Shown: piece by piece, positions 15,746 through 24,042 of the stretch
Position numbering within the stretch: the stretch's first letter is position 1
Layout: every line of letters starts with the position of its first letter
Virus record (IMG/VR): IMGVR_UViG_3300012921_000078
Span: 1 to 45,813 of that record
Origin: a virus
Lineage: Duplodnaviria > Caudoviricetes
DNA length: 45,813 nucleotides
Reading direction: 5' to 3' (one strand)
Position numbers and translations under genes: made by a program
The notes under the pieces: model-generated
What the model saw: the letters and a program-made list of their open reading frames with translations, nothing else
Told to the model about the DNA's origin: nothing
Databases searched by the model: none

Positions 15746-17341
15746 ATGCCGCAGACCGTATCCGCGCCGAACATCCAGTCGCAGTCGCAGACCCCGAAAG
15801 AGGAAAGCGACTTCGAGCGCTGCGTCCGGCGTTCCGGGCGGTTGTGGAACCGCGGCGACCAGTGGCGCGCGACGCTTGACGAAATCCACGAGCTTTCCCC
15901 GGTGCGGCGCCATGCCAGCCGCTCGGGCAATACGATCGCGAACGACCGGCAGTTCGACGGCACGCTCTCCAACGCGCAGATGCGCTTCGCCGGCCGCCTG
16001 CAGACCGACCTCACGCCGACCGACGAGCAGTTCGCGATCCTCGAGCCCGGCCCGCTGATGCCGGCGGGCGACGAGCGCAAGCAGCTTGCAACCGATCTCG
16101 ACGGCATCACCAAGCTCGTCGATGCCACGCTCTCGAACGACGTGTTCCAGACCGCCTCGGTCGAGGTCTATGCCGACCTGTTCGCAGGCCAGGGCGCGAT
16201 GATCTCGAACCCGGGCGAGGACTACGACGACATCGTGAACGATGTCGCGGTGCCGAGCTACGAGATCGTGCCGGAGGAAGACGGCTATGGCCGCGTGAAG
16301 GGCGTGGTGTGGCGGCGCATGCACTATGCCGACAACCTGCCCGGCACCTTCCCGAAAGCGAAGTTCTCCGACCAGCTCATGCAGCAGATCAAGGCAGAGC
16401 AGGACCGCGAGATCGAGGTCACACAATACACCTATCGCGACGAAAAAGGCCGCTGGCAGCACCGCGCCATGATCAAGGGCGAGAGCGCCTATGCCGCGCA
16501 AAGCAATTCGCGCGTTTCGCCCTGGCTCACGCCCCGCTTCTTCAAGCTGCCCGGCATCGCGCAGGGCTTCGGTGTCGCGCATCTCGCGCTGCCGCACGCC
16601 AAGACCGTGAACAAGGCGCGCGAGCTCGCGCTGAAGGCGGCGGCCTTCGCGCTCCTCGGCCTCTGGATGCAGCGCGACGACGGCGTGTTCGATCCCGATA
16701 CTGCGCGCTTCCATCCGGGCGCGTTCCTGAAGGTCGGCTCGACCGGCGGGCCGATGGGTCCGACGCTCTCGCGCATGGAGCTGCCCGGGAATTTCGACAT
16801 CTCCTCGATCACGATCGACGACGAGCGCGAGCAGATCAAGATCGCCACCTTCGACGACCGCCTGCCGCCCATGACCGGCGCGGTGCGCACGCCGACCGAA
16901 ATCGTCGAGCGCATGCGCAGGCTCGACGCGGACTGGGCCGGCGTGGACGGCCGTCTTTCGCGCGAGATCATCCGGCCGCTTTATGCGCGCCGCCTCGAAA
17001 TCCTCGAACAGAGAAACATCCTGCCGACCAAGCTGACGATCGACCAGCTCCTGGTGAAGTGCTCGATCGTGTCGCCGATGGCGCGCGCCCGCCGCACCCG
17101 CAAGGCGCAGACGATCGTCGAGGGCCTCACGCTCACGGCATCGCTGGTCGGCAAGGAACTCATGATGATGATCGCCGATGTCGAAGAGGCGGTGATCGAA
17201 ATCCTGCGCGAGCTCGGCGTACCCGAGCGCCTGATCCGCTCGAAGGAAGCCCGCGCGCAGCTGCAGCAGATGATCGGCCAGATCATCGCGCAGCAGCAGA
17301 TGGCCGCGAACCCGGCCGCCGCACCGCCGGAGGCCGCATGA
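15746..17341 (+). CDS. Portal (T7-like head-tail connector)
   Basis: 531 aa; FD.T....FAGRLQ..LTP, SPW...RF....G...G.G, RTPTEI.ER, SPMARA motifs. Confidence 0.92.
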   Translation: MPQTVSAPNIQSQSQTPKEESDFERCVRRSGRLWNRGDQWRATLDEIHELSPVRRHASRSGNTIANDRQFDGTLSNAQMRFAGRLQTDLTPTDEQFAILEPGPLMPAGDERKQLATDLDGITKLVDATLSNDVFQTASVEVYADLFAGQGAMISNPGEDYDDIVNDVAVPSYEIVPEEDGYGRVKGVVWRRMHYADNLPGTFPKAKFSDQLMQQIKAEQDREIEVTQYTYRDEKGRWQHRAMIKGESAYAAQSNSRVSPWLTPRFFKLPGIAQGFGVAHLALPHAKTVNKARELALKAAAFALLGLWMQRDDGVFDPDTARFHPGAFLKVGSTGGPMGPTLSRMELPGNFDISSITIDDEREQIKIATFDDRLPPMTGAVRTPTEIVERMRRLDADWAGVDGRLSREIIRPLYARRLEILEQRNILPTKLTIDQLLVKCSIVSPMARARRTRKAQTIVEGLTLTASLVGKELMMMIADVEEAVIEILRELGVPERLIRSKEARAQLQQMIGQIIAQQQMAANPAAAPPEAA

Positions 17342-17799
17342 GCAGCCAGCCATCGCTCGAAGACCTCGTGCAGAAATTCATCGACGGCGGCTGGGATACG
17401 CTGTCGGCCGCGACCGACCGCACGAGCTCGGACAAAAGCCAGCGCGTCTCGAAAATGAAAACCGTCTCGGAGGACGTGCTTGCCGTTGCGCAAACGCCGC
17501 AGGGTCGCCGGATGATCGAGTGGATCTTCGACCAATCCATCCGCCGCGCCTCGTGGGTCGCGACAAGCACGAACACGATGGAGCAGATCGCGCCCTACGG
17601 GCTTCTGCGCGAGGGCCAGAATTCGATTGCCGCCATGATCGTCGGTGCGCTGCGTCACGCCACCGGCGGCGATATTTCATTCCTGACGCAAGGAGAGAGC
17701 AATGAGCACCGCACCCGCAACCGACCCGGCCGCTTCGAACGGTGGAAACGCCGCACCCGCCGCAGGCTCGCCTCCGCCTTCGGCCGCACCCGCCGCTGA
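17338..17799 (+). CDS. Bbp19-like protein
   Basis: TPQGRRMIEW...REGQNS motif between portal and scaffold. Confidence 0.75.
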   Translation: MSSQPSLEDLVQKFIDGGWDTLSAATDRTSSDKSQRVSKMKTVSEDVLAVAQTPQGRRMIEWIFDQSIRRASWVATSTNTMEQIAPYGLLREGQNSIAAMIVGALRHATGGDISFLTQGESNEHRTRNRPGRFERWKRRTRRRLASAFGRTRR

Positions 17800-18619
17800 T
17801 GGCGGCGTGCCGGGGCCGAAGACGACCCCGATCCCCGATGTGAAAGCGGCCGGCGATCCGCCTGCTGCGCCCGCCGCAGGCGAAATCTACAAGCCCGAGG
17901 GCATGCCGGACGATCTCGTCGGCAAGACCAACCAGGAGACCATCGACAAGCTGTTTTCGATCAACAGGGGCTTTCGCGAGGCGCAGTCGAAGAACGGCGC
18001 GGTGCCGAAGGATGCCGACGGCTATGGTGCCATCGCGCTGCCCGAGGCGGTCGCCGCAAAGATCGGCGATCTCTCGAACGACCCGGCCATGAAGATCGTG
18101 CAGAAGGTCGCGCACGAGGTCGGCATGACCGACAAGGCCTATGGCGCCTTCCTGCCGAAGGTGATCGAAGCCTTCGACAAGGCGGGCCTGATCACCGACG
18201 CCAGCGAGTTCGACCCGAAAAAGCAGTTCGAGCTCCTGGCCGCCGACCACAAGGACGTGACCGACCCGCGCGAGCGGGAGGTCGTGGTCGGCAAGCGCGT
18301 CACGAACGCGAAGGCTTCGCTCGACGGACTGCTCGCCAAGGGCGCAATCGACAAGACCGACCACGAAAACCTGATGGCCCTGCTGCCCGTGGCCACCTCG
18401 TTCCGCACGCTCGAGAAAACCATTAAGGCGCTTTCCGGCGGCGACGGCGGCGTGCCGCTGCCCGGCGACGGCGCGGGAAGTGGTGCCGGGCTTTCGGAAA
18501 GCGAGATCGACCAGCGCATGCTCGACCCGCGCTATGACACCGGCCATCCGAAATACGACGCGAACTTCCGCCGCGAGACCGACGAGATGCTGCGGAAGTT
18601 CACGCAGAAAAAGCGCTGA
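17702..18619 (+). CDS. Capsid scaffolding protein
   Basis: Pro/Ala-rich N-terminus, VP..ADGY, C-terminal DPRY...D; precedes capsid. Confidence 0.8.
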   Translation: MSTAPATDPAASNGGNAAPAAGSPPPSAAPAADGGVPGPKTTPIPDVKAAGDPPAAPAAGEIYKPEGMPDDLVGKTNQETIDKLFSINRGFREAQSKNGAVPKDADGYGAIALPEAVAAKIGDLSNDPAMKIVQKVAHEVGMTDKAYGAFLPKVIEAFDKAGLITDASEFDPKKQFELLAADHKDVTDPREREVVVGKRVTNAKASLDGLLAKGAIDKTDHENLMALLPVATSFRTLEKTIKALSGGDGGVPLPGDGAGSGAGLSESEIDQRMLDPRYDTGHPKYDANFRRETDEMLRKFTQKKR

Positions 18620-18654
18620 CGCGGCTGGATTTGCTCTCTCGCCCGTCTCGCCTG

Positions 18655-18686
18655 CAGCCCGCGCCTCCGGCGCGGGCTGTTTCTTT
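18655..18686 (+). terminator. Rho-independent terminator after scaffold
   Basis: CAGCCCGCGCC-TCC-GGCGCGGGCTG-TTTCTTT. Confidence 0.8.
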
Positions 18687-18695
18687 CCCGACCCC

Positions 18696-18707
18696 GGATG
18701 CTCCCCC
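18696..18707 (+). promoter_or_regulatory. Late-promoter-like motif, copy 3 (capsid promoter)
   Basis: Exact motif immediately after a terminator and upstream of capsid. Confidence 0.75.
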
Positions 18708-18896
18708 CTCTCGTGTCGCGGCCGTACTGGCGAAAGCGACGCAGACGGATGGACCCGGCTGACGCGGAAGCTACCGGCGCAAGCGCTGGCCCGAAGCGAA
18801 AGCTGGCAATCGGCCTGAAGCGGAAATTTCAACCGTTTTTCTCGTGCGCACGGTTCACGCCTTCGGGCAACGCCGGCCGCACCGGAGGGTCAGATC

Positions 18897-19790
18897 ATGG
18901 TCGCACAGGCCGATGCCTTTTATGAGACCCAGTGGCTCAAGGGCACCATTCTCAAATTCCAATCCGAGGGCTTCGTCACGAAGGGCCTCGGGCTCGCTCC
19001 CGCGCAGGTCAACGCCAACGAAGTGAAGTGGCGTCTCGCCGGCGCAGGCACTGCCGTCACGCTGCAGCGTGGCGCCCACGAAGTCGTGCCGATGAACGCG
19101 GCACGCGAAATCGTCACCGGCACGATGACGGCGAAACAGGCCGCCGAATACATCGACGGCGTGGACGTGAACCGCATGTCCGAGAACGAAAAGGACATCG
19201 TGAACCGGACCTGCGCCATGGCGCTCGGCCGCGCGCACGACGGCATGTTCTCGGATGCGCTGGTCGCGGGCGCGACCTCGCTCGGTAGCTCGATCGGCGA
19301 CTTCTCCAGCAAGATGACGCTCGGGATGCTGATCGAGGCGAAGGCCGCGCTCGAGAAGCGGCTGAAGCGGGCGGCCAACTACCGCATCTTCGGTCTCTTC
19401 ACTTCGAACCCGTGGAACCAGCTGCTGACCTTCCCCGAGTTTTCGAACTCGCAGTGGGTCGGCACCGATCTGCCGTTCTCGAAGATGACCGACCGCCGCG
19501 CGTGGAACGGCATGTACCTGATGCAGGTGCCCGACGACATGCTGCCGCTCGCCAACACCGACGACCGCACCTGCTTCCTGTTCGCGCAGGAAGCGATCGG
19601 CCAGGCGAACGCGCAGACGCTCACCGGCCATGTGTCCTGGGAGAACTCGCGCACCGCGTGGCTCCATAACATGTGGCTCGACATGTGCGTGAAGTGCCTG
19701 CAGCCGGAAGGCGTGCAGGACATCAAGGTCGATGACAACGCGGCCATCGAGACCATGAGCACGCAGCTCCTGACGGCGCTCGGCTCGTAA
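18897..19790 (+). CDS. Major capsid protein
   Basis: 297 aa; AMALGR..D, W.QLL..PEF.NS.WVG...LPF motifs; GGAGG RBS; position. Confidence 0.88.
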   Translation: MVAQADAFYETQWLKGTILKFQSEGFVTKGLGLAPAQVNANEVKWRLAGAGTAVTLQRGAHEVVPMNAAREIVTGTMTAKQAAEYIDGVDVNRMSENEKDIVNRTCAMALGRAHDGMFSDALVAGATSLGSSIGDFSSKMTLGMLIEAKAALEKRLKRAANYRIFGLFTSNPWNQLLTFPEFSNSQWVGTDLPFSKMTDRRAWNGMYLMQVPDDMLPLANTDDRTCFLFAQEAIGQANAQTLTGHVSWENSRTAWLHNMWLDMCVKCLQPEGVQDIKVDDNAAIETMSTQLLTALGS

Positions 19791-19800
19791 CGACCAACCG

Positions 19801-19827
19801 GCGGGCGGCATCAGCCGCCCGCTTCTT
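19801..19827 (+). terminator. Terminator after capsid
   Basis: GCGGGCGGC-ATCA-GCCGCCCGC-TTCTT. Confidence 0.7.
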
Positions 19828-19881
19828 CCCTCGTGGCGTGCCCTCCGGTCGAGAAACACCGGACACGCTTAGGAAACGACA

Positions 19882-20250
19882 ATGGCTTTCGCTGCAGAAA
19901 ATCTCCGCCGCATCGGCTTCGGCGGCACGCTCTCGAAGAGCGCCGCACCCGCGGTCGTCGCCCACTTTGTCACGAACGACACGCTCGCCGCCGCGCTCGG
20001 CGCCAACTACTTCGACGCTGCCGCGGCGCTCATCCCGAAGGGCTCGCTGATCATCGGTGCCTTCGACATCGACGGCACCCCGCAGGCGGGCCTCCTGCTC
20101 GTGACGGCGAACACCGGCTCGGCAGTCACGGTCGCGGCGATGCCGTTCACCGCGCTCGGCCTCACGCCCGGCACGCTCGGCACCAACGGGCAAATCCTGA
20201 AGATGAACTCCGGCGCGACCGCGCTCGAGTGGGCGTCCGACGCCACCTAA
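19882..20250 (+). CDS. Capsid decoration / minor virion protein
   Basis: T.DT.A....ANYFD...GSLI pattern; C-terminal GTNGQILK..SGATALEW fibre-like motif. Confidence 0.7.
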   Translation: MAFAAENLRRIGFGGTLSKSAAPAVVAHFVTNDTLAAALGANYFDAAAALIPKGSLIIGAFDIDGTPQAGLLLVTANTGSAVTVAAMPFTALGLTPGTLGTNGQILKMNSGATALEWASDAT

Positions 20251-20274
20251 CCGCGGCGACGCGAACACATTCGG

Positions 20275-20312
20275 CGGAGCCGCGGGAAAACCCGCGGCTC
20301 CGTATTTGATTT
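20275..20312 (+). terminator. Terminator
   Basis: CGGAGCCGCGGG-AAAA-CCCGCGGCTCCG-TATTTGATTT. Confidence 0.75.
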
Positions 20313-20325
20313 CACGGAGTGACGC

Positions 20326-20952
20326 ATGGCGCTGAACCGGGCCGATGTCATCAACCGCTCGCTCGTGCGGATCGGCGCCCTGCCGCGGCAGGTGGCCGAT
20401 CTCCAGCTCGACAGCGAAGACCTCGTGATGACCTACGAGCAGCGCGTCGCCAACACGCTCACGGTGTTCCCGTGGAAGGAAACCGTGAAGCGCCTGCAGC
20501 TCGTGCGCGGCGAAGTTCCCGATGCCTGCGACTACGATTATGCCTATCTCCTGCCGTCGGATTGCGCCGGGCATCCGCTGGAAGCCTGGTCGTCGGCCGC
20601 CTGCGCCGAGCACGACCGGCTCAAGCTCTATGAGCTCGGCCTCGACAAGCAGCATCGGCTCGCGATCCTCACCGATGCGGCGGTCGTGGTCGCCGCCTAC
20701 CAGAAGCTGACGCCGCCTTCGCTGTGGTCGCCGCCGCTCCTCGAGCTCGTCATTCAGGATTTGATGTCGGCTTACGCGCTGCAGGTGCGGCAGGACCGCA
20801 CGCAGATGATCGAGCTCTACGAGCTTGCGTGGGGCTCGACCGAGCGCAATGCGCAGGGTCAGTTCCATAAGGCGAAGCAGATGCAGTCGGCGCGCTCGCC
20901 CTCGAAGGTGATCACGCTCGAAGACGGGCCGCTTGTGCGAGCGAGGTCCTAG
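20326..20952 (+). CDS. Tail adaptor (tubular protein A, gp11-like)
   Basis: VINRSL..IG, PW...KR.QL, YAY.LPSD motifs. Confidence 0.82.
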   Translation: MALNRADVINRSLVRIGALPRQVADLQLDSEDLVMTYEQRVANTLTVFPWKETVKRLQLVRGEVPDACDYDYAYLLPSDCAGHPLEAWSSAACAEHDRLKLYELGLDKQHRLAILTDAAVVVAAYQKLTPPSLWSPPLLELVIQDLMSAYALQVRQDRTQMIELYELAWGSTERNAQGQFHKAKQMQSARSPSKVITLEDGPLVRARS

Positions 20953-23465
20953 TGGCCCGCCGCACGCATACCTTCTACAGCTTCAACAACGGCGAGCTCG
21001 ACCCGAAGCTGTGGTCGCGCGCCGACGTTAAGCACTACCATTCCTCGCTCGCCCGCGCGAAAAACACGCTCGGCCAGCCGCAGGGCGGGCAGCGCCTGAA
21101 GTTCGGCACGCGGCATCGGGCGATCTGCCGCCGCATCATGGTCGCGCAGTCGTTTTCCGGCGCGACCGTCACCGCGCCGAACGGCGGCACCGCCTCGAAC
21201 CTGACCGACGGCAATCAGGCAACGGCGCTGCAGACCGACGAAATCACGTCCGGCACCTTCCGGGTGCTGAAGATCGACTTCGGCGCGCCGGTCTCGCTTG
21301 CCGCCTTCGATCTCCTCGGCGCGCGCTGCGAGAGCGGCGAGCAGGTTGCAAATGCCATCCAGGTGCGCACGTCCGCCGACGATGTGACCTACACGAATTT
21401 CGGCACCGCCTATCCGATGTCCAAGAACGCGCGCAACATCCGCGCGGCGCTCGCGCCGAAGCAGACGCGCACCGCGCGCTACTGGGATGTTGTGATCGTC
21501 AATGGCGAGAGCCACGGCGATTTCCTACTGAACGAGATCGAAGCCTTCACCGCAGGCGACCGTTCGGCCGGGCGGCTGTTCGAAGTGAACCGCGACCCCG
21601 ACAACATCTATGCGCTGGTTGCGACCGGCGGCAATGTCGATGTGTTCGAGGCGGGCGTGTGGCGCGCTGCGATCCGCATCCCGCATAGCTCGGCGCAACT
21701 CGCGGAGCTGACGTGGACCACGAGCGCGGATAGCGTCTATCTGTTCCACAAGGACGTGCCGGTGCGGCGGCTGTTGCGGCTCGGCGCGGCAGCGCACTGG
21801 TCTTCGTCCGAGCAGACGTTCACGAACATCCCGCGCTTCGACTTCGGCGATGTGACCTACACGAACGGCGTGAACGAGAAGCAGCTGCTCGCCTTCTCGC
21901 TCGGCGCGACCTCGCTGCGCTATACGCTGACGATCGAAGGTTACACGACCGAGGCCATCGAGTTTTCCGACACGCTCGCGACCCACAACACGAACATCCA
22001 GACCGCGCTCGAAGCGCTGCCGAACGTCGAGGCGGGGCTCACCGTCACCACGAAATACAACGCCGGCAGCGGCAACCCGACCCAGCACGTGCTGATCGAA
22101 TTCACCGGCGGCCGGAACGCGGCCCGACCTTGGCTCGAGCTGATCCCGCGCATCCTCGTCACCGATGTCGGGAGCACGGTCACGGCAAGCCGCGAGCAGC
22201 GCGGGCGCAAGGGCGGCGAGGATTTGTGGAGCGCCACGCGCGGCTACCCGCGCTGCGGCGTGATCTTCAACGAGCGGCTGGTGCTTGCGGGCTTCCGCGG
22301 TATCGGTTCCGCGCTCGCCTTGTCGCGGCCCGGCGAGCTCTTCGACTACGACACCGAGTTCGAAGGGCCTTCTGGCGCGATCCTCGATCTTCTCGGATCG
22401 GATGACGACCGCACCGTGCGGCGGCTGCATGTCGGCCGGCATCTGCAGGTCTTCACCAACACGAGCGCGCACTATGTTTCGAACCGCACGATCGACAAGA
22501 CCGAGCCGCGCAACTACGTGCAGTCCGCGCGCGCCGGCATAGCCGCAGGTTCGCGCTCGATCGACCTGCAGGGCGCCACGGTTTACATCGAAACCGACCC
22601 GGAAGCCCCGGGCGGCGAGGTCGTGCGCGAATTCCTGTTCTCGGATGTCGAGCAGGACTATCAGGCCACGAACCTTTCGATCCTGCAGTCGCACCTGATC
22701 ACCGGCGCGCTCGACCTTGCGGTCAAGCGCTCGTCGTCCTCCTCCGACAGCGACATCGTGTTCGTGGTGCGCGCGGACGGGCATCTCTCCGCGATGACGG
22801 CGCTGCGCACGGAAGACGTGAACGGCATCACTTGGTGGGGCAACGAGACCGGAGCCTATCGCTCGGCCTGCGTCGAGAACCGCGGGCTCGTGCATTTTCT
22901 GCGCGAGGTCGAGATCGGCGAGGACGACGAGCTGGTGCTGGAAACCGCAGACCAGGACATCGTGCTCGACGGCGCGGTCGATGGCGTGGTCGCCGGCACG
23001 ACCGTTTCCGGGCTCGAAGCGCTCGAGGGCGCAAGCGTGTGGGCCTATCTCGACGGCGCGCCCTACGGCCCGTTCGAGGTCGAGGACGGCGAGATCGAAC
23101 TGCCGGTGGAAGGCGTCGAAGCGGCGCTGGTCGGCCGCTGGTCGCCGCCCGAACTGCGCACGCTGCCGATCCGTCCGCAGGACAGCGAGAGCGCGCCGGT
23201 GCGGCCGAAGCGCGTGCACAAGGTGTTCGCCTCGGTGCTCGAGACCGGCAACATCGCGATCGGAGCAAATGGCGGACCCGTGCGCGAGGTGCCGGTGTGG
23301 CGCTTCGACGAGGTGCTCGATGTGCCCGTCGAGGAGCGCCTCTTCACCGGCGAGGCGGTGCGCGACGGCATGCTCGGCTGGACTATGCAAGGCGAGATTT
23401 TCATCACGCAGACGAAACCCGCGCGGCTCGAATTGCGCGGGCTTCGCGCGGAATACGACGGCTAG
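20952..23465 (+). CDS. Tail nozzle (tubular protein B, gp12-like) with inserted domains
   Basis: SFNNGELDP.L..R.D...Y...L..A.N...PQGG..FGT start; WS.TRGYP....F..RL..AG. Confidence 0.85.
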   Translation: MARRTHTFYSFNNGELDPKLWSRADVKHYHSSLARAKNTLGQPQGGQRLKFGTRHRAICRRIMVAQSFSGATVTAPNGGTASNLTDGNQATALQTDEITSGTFRVLKIDFGAPVSLAAFDLLGARCESGEQVANAIQVRTSADDVTYTNFGTAYPMSKNARNIRAALAPKQTRTARYWDVVIVNGESHGDFLLNEIEAFTAGDRSAGRLFEVNRDPDNIYALVATGGNVDVFEAGVWRAAIRIPHSSAQLAELTWTTSADSVYLFHKDVPVRRLLRLGAAAHWSSSEQTFTNIPRFDFGDVTYTNGVNEKQLLAFSLGATSLRYTLTIEGYTTEAIEFSDTLATHNTNIQTALEALPNVEAGLTVTTKYNAGSGNPTQHVLIEFTGGRNAARPWLELIPRILVTDVGSTVTASREQRGRKGGEDLWSATRGYPRCGVIFNERLVLAGFRGIGSALALSRPGELFDYDTEFEGPSGAILDLLGSDDDRTVRRLHVGRHLQVFTNTSAHYVSNRTIDKTEPRNYVQSARAGIAAGSRSIDLQGATVYIETDPEAPGGEVVREFLFSDVEQDYQATNLSILQSHLITGALDLAVKRSSSSSDSDIVFVVRADGHLSAMTALRTEDVNGITWWGNETGAYRSACVENRGLVHFLREVEIGEDDELVLETADQDIVLDGAVDGVVAGTTVSGLEALEGASVWAYLDGAPYGPFEVEDGEIELPVEGVEAALVGRWSPPELRTLPIRPQDSESAPVRPKRVHKVFASVLETGNIAIGANGGPVREVPVWRFDEVLDVPVEERLFTGEAVRDGMLGWTMQGEIFITQTKPARLELRGLRAEYDG

Positions 23466-23475
23466 GAGAAGCAAC

Positions 23476-24039
23476 ATGGAGATGATCGGCTCGATCTTTG
23501 CGGGTTCTGCGGCGTCCGCCACGGCAACCGGCGCGGCGGCCGCGACCACTGCAGCGCCGAGCGCCGGGCTGTTTTCGTTTCTGCCCGGCGGCTCCACGGC
23601 CATGACCGTGCTGCAGGGCGTGACGACCGCCTTCTCCGCTGCCGCCGCCATGGGCCGCGGTCTCGCCGAGGCGGGAGCGAAGCGCTCCGACGCAAACCAG
23701 ATGGACACGCGCGCCGAGCAGGAAATGCTCGTCGGCGAGACCGAGCAGAAGAAGGCGAAGAAGGCGCTGCTGCAGCAGGTCTCGAAGACGCAGGTTGCCT
23801 ATGCCGCAAGCGGCATCGACCTTTCTGCCGGCACCGTGCTGACCGCGATGGACGAAGCGACGGAAGATGCCGAGGCCGATCTCTCGACCTCGCGCACGCT
23901 TACCTTGCAGCGCGCCTCGAACTATCGCCGCCGCGCGACGCAGCTGCGCGCGGAAGCCGACCTCGCCGAACAGTCCGGCAAGATGTCGGCGTTTGGACAC
24001 TGGGCCAATTTCGGCATCGGCCTGTTGCGGCGGGGGTAA
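23476..24039 (+). CDS. Internal virion/ejection protein (gp14-like)
   Basis: AGGAG RBS; Ala/Gly-rich N-terminus, AYAASGIDLS.GT motif. Confidence 0.78.
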   Translation: MEMIGSIFAGSAASATATGAAAATTAAPSAGLFSFLPGGSTAMTVLQGVTTAFSAAAAMGRGLAEAGAKRSDANQMDTRAEQEMLVGETEQKKAKKALLQQVSKTQVAYAASGIDLSAGTVLTAMDEATEDAEADLSTSRTLTLQRASNYRRRATQLRAEADLAEQSGKMSAFGHWANFGIGLLRRG

Positions 24040-24042
24040 GGC

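Noticed and set aside
19740-19900. T7 10A/10B-style capsid frameshift or readthrough
   Set aside because: No slippery heptamer seen; TAA stop followed by a terminator hairpin
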